Shown in pieces: positions 28,313 through 40,500 of a DNA stretch of 64,000 nucleotides (position 1 is its first letter; every line of letters begins with the position of its first letter). The stretch is from Psammoneis japonica. Its lineage: Eukaryota. The stretch is taken from assembly GCA_008632985.1 (NCBI GenBank), contig QPGO01000135.1, positions 124,001 to 188,000 of the forward strand, written 5' to 3'. The position numbers and the translations under genes were made by a program. The notes beneath the pieces were generated by a model. The model made no database searches. It saw only the letters and a list, made by a program, of their open reading frames with translations, and was not told the DNA's origin.

Positions 28313-31300
28313 CTGACGCTTCGAACACCAGACAATTGGAGCCCAACACAAGAAGATCAAAGTGCCTGCCTGGCTGTGACAGTCTGCAACATTTCCGGCA
28401 TGGTTGGCATTGGCAAAACAATGCATGGACACACATTTACCTCAAGGAGGTGGCGCATTTGGTGGGACACCCTCCTTTGCATCCCGATGGAAATCACACC
28501 AGTTGCACATGACAAATGGACGGTCATCAATCACCAGATGGGTTGGATGAAAGGCCATTTGCCATTTTGGAACCTGTTTGAGACACACAAACATGTGCAG
28601 CACCTGTTCCAGATGGCCAATCCATGGCAACGTGAGGTGAGCAGACATCAAAAATGCTTCCAGATGAACATCAACCCTGCCAAGTTCCACAGCCCAAATG
28701 AGTGTGCCAACCAGCTCTTGGCAGTGATTGAGCCCTGCTGCGCCCAATTCTCCAGCCTCCTTTGCATCCCGATGGAAATCACACCAGTCACACTTAATGA
28801 ATCAACGGCCATCAATCACTGGATGGGTTGGATGATCAAAATGCCTGCATGGCTGTGATGGTCTGCAACATTTCCGGCATGGTTGGCATCGGCAAAACAA
28901 TGCATGGACACACATTTGCATCAAGGTGGCGGTGCATTTGGTGGGACAGCCTCCTTTGCATCCCGATGGAAATCACACCAGTTGCACTCAACGAATTGAT
29001 GGTCATCAATCACCAGATGGGTTGGATCAAAGGCCATTTGCCATTTTGGAACCTGTTTGAGACATGTGAACATGTGCAGCACCTGTTCCAGATGGCCAAT
29101 CCATGGCAATGCAAGGAGAGCAGATGTCAAGAATGCTTCCAGATGAACATCAACCCTGCCAAGTTCCACAGCCCAAATGAGTGTGCCAACCAGCTCTTGG
29201 CAGTGATTGAGCCCTGCTGCATCCAATTCTCTGGAAGTGTCCAACTCTGGTTTGTAGCCACTGCTCAAAGGCATGCAAGCCTTTCCGGGCAACCGCTTTC
29301 CCTCCTTGGCCAGTTTGTCTTCGACATTCTGGACAGCAGCCTTGCAGCACTTCTTGGCAAACACAGTCCAACACGTGGCACTGTCAGCTGCATCCATCTC
29401 AGACAATGCAGCACCAAGGCAGGAGTCTGGTTTGGCTGCTTTGTCATCCTTGAGCTTGAACTTGAGCTTGATTCCATCCATGGTCTTCATCGGTTCATGG
29501 CTAATCAACAGTAAATCATCGATGTAAACCAACACACACTCGCAGCATTCAAGCCCATCGGATTTGACCGCAGGTCTCATCCATGCATCTGGATCAGCCT
29601 CACTCAGTTTGCACCCTAGATTGTAAAGCGTCTCTGCTGGGAAAGCCCTGGGTGCCACTCCTGAACTCTCTAATCTGTAGAGAGCTCTGACTGCAAGCAT
29701 GATGCAACCTTGTTCCTTGCCAAATTCTCAACCAGCTTTTGGGTCTAGATCCTTTCTCTGCATGGAGCAGTGAGGCAGGCATTCTGGATGTCACAGGTGA
29801 ACACTTGCAAGTCATTGAGCACAGCAGGAGTCAGAGCAATCCTTGCCAAATCTCTGGAGACAACGGAAGAACAAGCAATGGTGGCTGGGGTCTCAGTCAT
29901 GTGACCACCTGCCACCATCCTTGCCATGCAACGAAAGTTCTCCCCAAGTTTGACATCAAAGATAAAGTGACACTTGATCTCTTGGCAGCCTGGGGCGACA
30001 TCCGTTTCTTCTCTGTCAAACTTTTCAAACACAACTTGAATGTTCTTCATCTCCTTGCAGATGGAATCCCACCACAAGGTGTCCCCATTCATGCAGTCAA
30101 GTTCTAAAGCCTCCTTGACGCTCCTTGGCTTCCTGATTCCAAATTCACAGGTCCTCAACCAATGCTTTGACTTCACTTTTGCCATGGATTGCTTGCGAGT
30201 TTGCAACACATGTGGAGCCAAATGCTGCTTCTTTGGAGATCTTGTGTTGGATGGCAAACTCAGCAACTTGGACAGGGAAGCTTTCCTTCAAGTCCTTCAA
30301 ATCCACCCAAGTTGTGCTGCCATCCTTCCACTGAAAAAAAGCTCCCATCCCTTGGTTGTCTTGCGTTTTCTGTCATTGCCTTGCTCAGTCTCAAAGAAGG
30401 TGGTCTCCGGCACGTCCCCATTTGTCCAAAAGTCAACTGCATCATCGAATGAGACGTGCCAATTCCCATCCTTGTCGATCTGTGCAAACATGTTCATGGC
30501 AATGGAGTCAGGGGACAATGCGGCAGCATGCCCATCAGGGTGCTCTACCTCATGCATTTGTGCATCTAGAATGGGGTTGTCATTGGCAGTCCCAATTGGA
30601 ATGCCATTGGCATCCTGCAGCCTCTTTGTAATGCGTGCAAATGTGGGGCCATTGTCGTCTCATGGGAAAGTGACCTCCATGTTCAAATGGCCCCAATCTG
30701 CAGCCTCCGGTGAGGCTTCCTCATCTTTTTCATCATCATCATCATTCAACACCTCTTCTGTGCTAATGACATGGTTGCACTTGTCGAGGAATTCATCATC
30801 ATGTCCAAGGCAGTCCTTCCAGTCTTTGGGACTGATCCGCCATTCTTCATCTTTTGGGAAGTCTTGTTCCCTTGGCCGGCATTGGACCTCCCCATCAAAT
30901 GTGTTGAACCTGTCTTGATCAGCTTGCACATAGACTCAAGGTTGGTGACTTGTTGCACAGACGTTCTTGACATGACATGACCTGTCTGTGTCAAGATGCA
31001 ATGTGACATGAGGCTCCCAGTGCGATGGGACACACCGAGCCACCCACCAAGTTTCTGGTCTCTGAGACCTGCATTCTCCCGACACCATGCCCAGTTGTAG
31101 AAACCAAAATCCAGGTGCTCAGAGATGTCAATCATCTCGCCAAGCATTTCTTCTAGAGGTGCTTTGGCATCTAGATGGTGAGCATGAACGAATGTGCGTG
31201 AAATTGTCTTGCAACACCAAACTGCCCCACAATCCCAAAGACGTGGTGGAACCTGCTTCTTGACCATGCAGTGGAACCACTTGTGCCAAATCTCACAGAT

Positions 31301-34300
31301 CACACCTTCCACTGGATTCTGATTGTGCCTCTCTGGTTCGATGCACACTTGTTGCCCTCCAATGACACCACCTTGCCGTCCATCACATTGGTCACCCATT
31401 CGCCTCACAGTCTTGGCTCTTGGCGAGCATCCGATCCACCTTGCAATGCCTGGCCAAATGCATTGGCACCAACCTGACTAATTTCTGAGTGGTCTGCTTG
31501 AGTGTGGTTGCCACTTGCTTCAAACCAATGCCCCAGCATTTACTCAAGTCTGCAGCAGCAACCAAGCTGTGCCTCTCCTTTGACATGAAAGTCTTTGGCT
31601 AAGGTGCATCTTCGGGCTTGTCCCTGATGGTCTTGATGGCAGATGCTTTTGAATCCACTTTGACTTGAACCACCACTGTCAACCTTGATTGAACTTGGTC
31701 TGCACCACAAATGAATCTTCTTCCAGCACAGTCCCCGTCTTGAGGGTTTCTGTGTGTAGGATCATTGCTGAATGCATGGCCCAGGGCTGGTCTGGACACT
31801 TGCAACTGACCACATCAATTCCATTTCCTCCTCCACAGAGCGTCAAGTTCCTGCTTGTTTGAACTGGATGTCATGTGGATCCCATGGCAATTGGGAGGTC
31901 TTCTGGATGTGTGGGCACTCCTGGAGTTCCCATTCTGCAGGAGTCCGAGTCCGCGCAATGACACTGGTTCCCATGACCTCAAGTGGTGGCATGAACCCAT
32001 CATCCTCCGTGAGGATGTAAAGTGGTGATGTGGGGCAAGGGTCATCTTGAACCATGACACCGAAATGCCACACTTGGTTGGGGTTCACAAGGGAGTGATT
32101 CATGGAATCAGCCATCCACAGTCCCACGTGAAAGACCAAGATGCACATTGCACCCATCGTTGGTGATGTCCACACCATAGCCACAGAAACAACAGGCACA
32201 CTCTCAATCGCTTCGCACTTGTCAGCATGGGGCGATGCGTTGCAGTTGCGTCCAGAACAACCCAAGAGGGAAAAATTCCAACCAAAAACAGCAGTGTCAG
32301 CATGCAAATCCAATTCTAATCGTCCATGCTTTGCCTGGTCGTTCCGATGTGTGTGGGTGTCTCGTTGTCTTGTGCATGCACTGAGACATGCATGGGTGAA
32401 GTGGTGATCTCCCCAATGCATCGGCAAGCATGTTGGCAATGCTGGCCCCCCGCCCCATTGCACTGTCCATGAGACATGCTGAATGAGACTAGAGAGCAGG
32501 GCCCAGCATGCCAGTCAGTTGCGACCACCACCGTGCCTGTCCTGTTGTTCACTGCATCCCCCAAACACATTCCAAGCATTGTTTCCTCCACCATCACCTT
32601 GGTCCTGACTGTCAGCCCCATCGTTGTCCTCACCAGAACCAGAGCCGGTTGGATTGGCACTGAGAGCTGCAATTTTACGGTTTGCTTGAGTCAGCTGTGA
32701 CCACAGCTTCTGGTTCTTCTTCTCAAGCCACCCAGGTTTCTTCTTGAGACCCAGGCGCGTGCGCTTGTCTGTCACATTTTTCTTGTCCTCTGCACTCAAG
32801 TTGTTAGAACTCATGTGGAACCCAGTGTCAATGGAGCCATCAGGGTTGTGGATGCTGGGATCACCGCCTTCACCAGAGGCAACTGATGAAATTGCATGAC
32901 GGTGCACTGTCATCTCTGGCAGGGTTGCAACCTCAGCAGCAAGATGGTCAGCCACGGTCATGAACGTGATGCCTCCTCCAAACTCGTTTTGTGCCTTGAG
33001 GGTCTCAACAGTTGCCTGAAGTTGTTGGTGCTGTGTCTTCTCCAACAAGATGCACAACTTCTGAGCATTGGTCTTGGGTTCATCATTCTGCTCAAAAGTG
33101 TTGAACATTTCTTGGAGTTTGTTGATGAACACCTTGAAAGTCATGGAATGTTTGTTGTGATAGAAGAAAGCAGCTTCCAAACGCTCGGCTTCTGAGATGC
33201 AATGGGTGGTGTTGCCCTTGCCCTGGCTATGGTCCTCCAGATTGCAACAGTCGACACCACCATTTTGGAGGAGACGATCCTCCTTGATCCACTGCTTGCT
33301 GGCCATTCCTTTCTTGAAGGAGACAATCAACTGATTAACAGCATGAACATCAGCTTTGAAAACTGGACCCTGCAGAGGAGCACAAGCAATGCACTTCTGT
33401 GCAAAAGTTGCGTGTCCCTCAGGGTCTGGGTTGTTGTTGTCTCGAATCACATGAATCAGTGGCACATTGTTCATGCCTGGCATGGCACCCTGCAAGTTCT
33501 TGAGGGCAGTGCTCCACTCAGGCCACTGTTTCTTGTTTTCCAAGAGTCCAGGAGATGCCTCCCAAGCCAGAGAATTGGTCTGCTCTTTCTGCTGGGCACA
33601 AATCTTGGCCCGACTGAGAGCCACTTGCAGTGCATCATGAAAAGATGCTTGATCCAAATCCGCAAGGGTTGGATGCTCGCCAACACACCAGAAGTCTTGG
33701 ACCCAATGGATCAGTGCCTTGAGATGACCGATGCGGGCTAATCCAAAACAGAGGTGCCCTTTGGCTGCCATCCTTCTTGCACACAAGGATGCAATGGAAT
33801 CAGTGTTGCTCTCCTTGAGATCAACAACATCATCAAAAGATGACAAATTGGTCATGATTGATGCCTGCTGAGCAGGCACCACAAAACCAATCCACTCAAG
33901 TGCAGTTTTGATGGGGTTCAGAGGAGCAGCCGCCATGGTGACACCTGTGTCATGTGAGCACAAGGAGTCAAGAAAGTTGTGTTAGAAAGGCCGTGTTGGC
34001 AGCAACACAAGGCCTTGTGAGCATGGGAAGGGGCCTTGTCCCCCACTGTCTCTGCATGCACTGATGCCAGGTGATGAAACATCATCGTGCACCCTTCAGT
34101 TTGATTGGCATGTGTTGCCATCCATGCCAATTGATCAAACCATTTGACAAAGTTGTTGAACGTCACTTTTTGACTCACCACACGTGAGTGAGGACTGTGG
34201 TTCTGACAAAGCAAATGAGCCCAGCTGCCAAATGGCTCAGCTGCTCACAGTGCCAGTGGGATGCAATGCAACAATCAACAGAATGCTTCATTGGGCTTGT

Positions 34301-34630
34301 TGCAACTCAATCATGCAACAAGTGACCGCAACCAGCTCATGGAGAACCACAGAAAAGTTTCCCTCCAAATGACACATCACCAATGACCGATGACTGGCAA
34401 TGGCTGGTGCAGCACACCAATCCACAAAACATGGCACAGCACTGCCATTTTATTTGGTTGAGAATTGAGCAGAACTTTTTGATTCAGCTAATGAGCACCT
34501 TGCTCACTCCACCCACAGGCTCCAAACCTGGTTGGCAATCATCAGACCCATGTTTAAGTCCAGCATCTGTGAGGCAGAATGGTTTTGGCAATGCTGTTTC
34601 AGGCTGATCACTGTTCACCCGTGTTGCATG

Positions 34631-35425
34631 TTAAGTGTGCTGGGGATGTGGGTTAGTTTGTTGCTGGAGTTGTGGGGCAGAATCACAGCAGCACCTTAAA
34701 AACAGATTTTGGGTTTTGTTTTTGGCTCCCTGAAGCATGCTTCCACAGTGGTGTGTGGTGGTTGGCAGCAGCAATTTCTTGGTGCAGAATTGTTCCTGCT
34801 CTGCCACCGTGGGTGTGAGGTTTCCCAAGAGAGCAAGGTCACATTGTTCAGTGCACACCTGGACATTCAAACCTTGGTTGCTCAAGAAAAATCCACAGGT
34901 GAGTGGGGAGATGCCCACTGTCAAGTCATTGACCTGGTGCACGTGTGATCCAACCTTGCCTTGGAACACCAACTTGTGGAGCTCTTTGGAGATGACAGGT
35001 GCCATTCAAAACACAGTGTCCAGCTCTTGTGCATGGGCCTCCGGCACACACAATGCCCCATTGTCCGGCACACTAGATGGCAGCAGCCCGACAGGTGCAG
35101 TTTGCGGGAAAGCCTCCACCAGAGTTTTTGGGGCCACTGCTGTGGAAGCTGCTGCAGTGCAAGTGGCTTTGGCTCTGGCTGCATTGGCTTGAACAATGTT
35201 GGCAAAGGCTGGAACTTGGTCCATGTTGTTGACCACTGCAGCATCCAGTGCAGGCAGGTCTTGGAGCAATGGTCTTGGAGCCCTGCATTGACAGCCAGGG
35301 GTGGCAAGACAGTGGCATGCCCCCCCAAACAGTGCACTGGGTCCAGATTGGTGGCGGCATGCACAGCAAGGGCAGGGAGTTGCCTCAGAGTTGTTGAAAC
35401 TGTGACTCAAATTGAAATGCTTCAT
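34631..35425 (-). pseudogene. Probable ORF1 (gag-like) remnant of a tyrosine-recombinase retroelement
   Basis: APVISKEL...NDLTVGISPL resembles DIRS/Ngaro ORF1 segments; recall only. Confidence 0.35.
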
Positions 35426-35614
35426 TCTTGGATGAAATCACAGGAAATTGCAATGTCTGCATTATGATGCCAATCACACCTTGGACAGTAAAAAATTCAG
35501 TCTGTTGCCCTTTGCACTTGTTGGCAACAAATTGTTCCAGACAAATGAGTGTGTTCAAGCATGTCCAGATTTGAAGCTTTTGACAACAAGAAAGTCATTG
35601 CAGTGTTTGTCACC

Positions 35615-35730
35615 AAACAACTTTCAACAACTTTTTGTTGAAAGTCACAACTTTCAACACCTTTTTGTCAAAAGTCGCAACTTTCAACAAATTTTGCATT
35701 GAAAGACGTAACTTTCAACAATTTTCAACC
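35615..35730. repeat. About four 30-bp tandem units, each an imperfect palindrome
   Basis: aactttcaacaactttttgttgaaagtcac-type units. Confidence 0.8.
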
Positions 35731-36554
35731 CATCCACTCTAGACATCACAAGGAATGGCAGAACAACACACCAACCATCTCTGGATGCTTGCATCTCAAC
35801 AGCCACTGCTCACACAGAGCTGTCCAGCAGCATTTTGTGAATGACTTTGCATGCTCTGTGTTGATCTGCAGTGTGAAAAAGTGGTGCAAGTGCATTCCAA
35901 GAAAGACATTTGGCAAGAGACAACTTGAAAATCTGCTGTTGTTTCTCCTGAAATCAATGAGAGTTGTCTGTTTGTGTTGTTGTGTGCTTTGCCCCCCCAT
36001 GACACCTGCTTCTGACATTCACCACTTGCATTTTGCATGACGTGATGCATGATGCCCTTGGTGTGGCTGAAACTTTGGGTTGCAACTGATGTCTGGAAAA
36101 GCTGCAAGCAGGGAAAATTTCCTTTTCACCATGGTCAATCGGCCACACAAGCACAATCAACAAATGGCAAAAGTGTGAAGGTGTGTGAGATGGGCCATCA
36201 CCTGGCTCATGTGACAGAGGTTTTTGATGGGCAATTGCCGTTGGCCACACTTGGCACTTCAGATGGCATTGCAGAGAAGTTCCATTGTGAAGGTGTCAAG
36301 AAAGGGATTTGCTCAGTGTGGCTGATGGAGTTGCTCATGGCTTGGTGCTTGGCTCCAAGGATGAAACTGTCAAAGACGCAGCATGCTGGGACTCAGACTT
36401 GGAGCTGCAGGTGGATTGCCAGGCTGAGAGAATCAAGCCACTGACAGTTTGCCACTGGGATTCTCACTCAGAACTGCAGATGGCACTGACAACATGCCGC
36501 TGGGGGAATCGCTGGGTGAGATGGATGGCACCAGCAGATCACTGCCTGGCAGGA

Positions 36555-36810
36555 CCTTTGAGCAATCTGTCCAACAACTTTTGACATTTTTTGTTGCAGC
36601 ACCATTCTACAATGTCTTGGGAATCGCGCAGGGCAGGTGCATTTGCAAAAACGTCGAGTGGCAAGAGGCTCAATTGCACCACAAACTTGGCCGTTTATTT
36701 GATGTGGAAGACAAACACACCCATCAATTAAAATCTTGTGCTACGGAGCTAACACGTGGAATTCTGTGGGCCCAATGTCACATGGAGTCCCACCCAGCTA
36801 GAGGGCTGGA
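36555..36810 (+). mobile_element. MITE family partial copy (right part)
   Basis: Matches 1605-1850 and ends gagtcccacccagctagagggctgga. Confidence 0.75.
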
Positions 36811-37364
36811 GCACTTCTTGTGAGCATCGGACTCACATTTTTCTTCTAACGTCAGCACAGCAATGGTCCATCACCTTGTGGCATCTGTGAGGACTCCATA
36901 AAAATGCATGTCACATTAAAGTGACAAGGTGTTGGCATTTTTGGCAATTTCTTCCGAGGCCCACTTGAGTGCGACATGAGTCAAAACCATGTTGGCAGCC
37001 TTCTGTGCGCGCATTTTCCAAATCGCAAATCACTGCCGCCCATCTGCAGACACATGTGAGCATGTTGGAAAATGGAATGAGAGGCAACGCAACAATTCAA
37101 TTGTGAATTTTATCTTCATTTCATTTTGCCTTGTCACTCATGAGAGCAACCCACTCGGCAACCCAAAAAAACAAGGTCGAACTGGTTCCATCTGCCGTGC
37201 ACTTGTTGACACTTGTGGCTTTGAACATGTCTTGTGGCAGGTGTGAAGGTGTTGACAAAAGGTGTTGGATGTGCTGCAGTCTACAGAATGAAAGCCCTCA
37301 GGAGCTGTCTTTTGCTGCATCATCAGAGCATCAAACAATTCGATGTTGAACGGCATCGATGACA

Positions 37365-37480
37365 ACACAAACAGATTTTTTGTTGAAAGCACAAGTTTTA
37401 ACATGTTTTTTGTTGAAAGAACAACTTTCAACAGATTTTTGTTGAAAAATCTAACTTTCAACAACTTTTTGTTGAAAGCA
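37365..37480. repeat. Second array of about four 30-bp palindromic units
   Basis: aactttcaacagatttttgttgaaa-type units, same family as 35615-35730. Confidence 0.8.
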
Positions 37481-37506
37481 GGGTGTCCGTTGAGTTTTGA
37501 CCCAAA

Positions 37507-40500
37507 GACGTGTTCGAGCTCTGCCAGGTGGGACCTCACACCACTGCACTGTGACATCAATGGTTTTGAATGAATGCTGACATGCTGTCATGAATGTAGG
37601 CAGTTTATGCACTGTTGGCGATTGGTCCACTGTCACTTGTTCAGTGGTCCCAGTGGCGCAACATCTCACAATTCTAGAACCTGTTGATGCTGTTCAACAC
37701 TCTGTCTTATCTCACACCCAATTCTTGGCCATTGTGGCAGTGTTCACTCACTTTGTCAGAGCCAATGCACTGTGATGTTCATCGCCTGGAATGGGCATCA
37801 TGAACGGCATGATGACATCGTTGCGATTGATCGATTTTTGCTGCAAGCGCCATGTTGGTCCCATGGTTCCTTGCACAATCGCTGAGTCCTTTGTGTGCAT
37901 CAATGTTCATGGACATGAACGACATGCACTTGGAGACCAGAGCTGTGATCCATTGAACATGACGTCAGTGGACCGAATGTTTGGTCATGTGGACAGAACA
38001 TGTTGGCTAAGACACACAAACATTCGTGATGAAGACAACACAATGATTTGTGTGTTGAGGTCTGTCATTTGATCATGTGCATTTGATTAATCAAAATGCA
38101 TTGTCAAACTGCTCAGACACTGTGCATGTGGACACATGTCTGATGGAAATTGTTGCTCAGGAGCAACACCGCCTGCTCGCGGGTTCGCCAAGTAGAAACC
38201 ACCAAATCGGCACAAGAACCACACATTTTTCTCACTTTTCTCCACTCACACAAGTGGATGCTCACGCGTCAACATGCAAACAACTGCTGACACACCATGG
38301 CCGCTGCCACAGCCTTCACCGCTTGTCTTGCGCATTGTGGATGCAATGCGCAGATGCGTGCCTGCATGGCCGGTCAAGACTTCACTGCTGTTCAGGACTT
38401 GGAACAAGTCCCTTTGGCAGAACTTGCTGCTGTGACTGAGGGCATTGTGAAGAGCATGGACACTGCCGCCAACCCCCAAGTCCGCTTCCCACACCTGGCA
38501 AATCGCAAGTTCAAGGCACTGCGTGCATGGATTGACTGCCGCAGGGCCCGGAATCAACAGCCGACTGCTGCTCTCTTCACTGGTGACATTGTTGGGACAT
38601 GGATGGCACGTCTCATGGAACTGGAGCAATTCAAGTCAGTGGACTCGGACGATGAATTGGCTGCCAAGACAGCCGTGGAACTCAAGAATCCATGTGACTG
38701 GCCCACCTTCCAAGAGTTGCTGGAGACTGAACTGCGCCACCACCGCAGTGCCGTTGCCAGCACACCCCTCATCTACCCAACTGGGGAGCATGAAGATGTC
38801 ATCGCCGAAATGTTGGCTGCTGCCTGCACTGCCATTGACAAAGACCTTGTTGCTGCCACCCGACTTGCAGGAGCTCAGCATGCACAGGACAGACAACACC
38901 TGCATGTTCTCTTGAAGAAGCTGGTGACAGGGGGGCCCGGATGGGCTTTTGTCAAACCTTCCAATCGCAATCGCGATGGTCGCACTGCCTTCTTTGCAGT
39001 TGAGAGGCAGGCGGAAGGATCGGCTGATCACGATGGTTGCACTGCCTTCTTTGCACTTAAGAGGCAGGCAGAAGGATCGGCTGCCACCACTGCCCGCAAG
39101 AACCGTGCCTGTGCACAGATTGCCATGGCAAAGCACACCGGATGGCGTCCATTCACTTTTGACCAGTGCACTCAATGCCATCAGAAAGCTCACAACGACT
39201 TGTCGGAGCTTGATGAACCGGCAGCCAAGACCAAGAAGGTCTCTGACTTTCTCAAGGGCATCTCCGACACCAGGTTGGAGACTGGCAAGAGTGCAGTGGA
39301 TGGAGACCCAACAAAACCAGCGGATTTCGAAGCATGCTAGCAGCATGTGAAAACTCTGGTGGAGAATGCCAAGAACCACAACACTGACATTCACGGCATC
39401 GCATCCATCCAACAACCGGCGTGGAAACCCTGGCGGCAAGCACCAACCTAAAAAGGACAAGCCCAGGATCAGGGCAGGCCATTGTCCCATTGAAGAGTGG
39501 AGTGCTCTTGACGGTCCTGAGCAAGAGCAAGTTAAGAAGCTTCACAAGGCCAAGAAAGCCGAGAAGAAATGCAAAGCAGCAGCTGCATCCTTGGAGGCTG
39601 AGTCGGTCGATGCCAAAACTCGTGCTGTTAAAAAGGTGGCTGTTGCCAAGCCTGAACCTAAACCCACTGATGAACAAAAGGACTCCGAAGAGTCGGGTGA
39701 ACCTGCTGCCAATGCAGGCACGCAGTTCAGACGCAGCGCACACAAGAAACCTCAGAAAGAGGAATGAACAGTTGTGCCAGCACTAAAAGGCACAGAACTG
39801 ACTGTCACTAAACCTGCTGGCACTGTGCATTTATCCAGGCAATTCTTAAAGGATGTGCATGTCTCTTTGTCATCTGCTGGACATTCAGATGGTGAGGCAA
39901 CCAATGACTTGGACTCACATGTTGATGCGTGTGCTGTTGGGTCCAATTTTGTATAAAGCACTCTGATGTCGACCGCACTGCTGTGGCACATCCTTACTCC
40001 GAAGAGCATGCACCAATGAAAAACATTCCCATTTGCATGGCTGCTGCCGTGTGGGTTGATCCAACTGATGGACAACCATGCCTGCTGTCAGTCCATGAGG
40101 CTGTGTTTTTTGGGGACAGGATGACCAACACCCTGCTGTGTCCCAACCAACTGCGAGCAAATGGACTGACTGTCCACGACACCCCTTGCCAGTTTGATCC
40201 CAACAGCACACACTCTGTTGCTTTCCCTGACTCGAAGATGAGGATGCCATTGCGCACACGAGGTGTTGCTTCGGTTTTTGACTCACACAAGCTGACTAAG
40301 GAGGATCTGGAGAACCTTCCCCGGCTGGAACTCACATCACCCCTGAGATGGGAGCCTTCTGCTGATGCCATGGCGCAAAAGGAGGAAGCGCATGCATGTG
40401 CCAGTGTACGCCAAGGATCAGTAAAGTCTGACGGACAGGCGACGATGATGAATGCGACCAGGTGTGTCGCTTCAATTCATTCGCATCAAACGTCTTGTCA

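Larger units (their letters stand above)
19878..34456 (-). mobile_element. Decayed full-length Ty1/copia element (family C), host of the family B minus copy
   Basis: 245-bp LTRs 19878-20122 and 34212-34456; flanks gctg/gttg; gag 32515-33963, protease ELDLHADT, integrase, RT LVYIDDLL, RNase H split at 20634/28313; internal duplication 28376-28745 vs 28855-29225. Confidence 0.85.

Noticed and set aside
36040..36550. Decayed Pro/Ser-repeat host gene fragment on the minus strand
   Set aside because: Only a low-complexity PSxxPS-like pattern with no continuous frame.
35615..37480. CRISPR array
   Set aside because: Units are contiguous with no unique spacers, there are no cas genes, and the context is eukaryotic TE sequence.
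37751..37770. PBS of families B and C (ctttgtcagarcc)
   Set aside because: The motif is shared next to the 5' LTRs, but I could not assign it to a tRNA with confidence.
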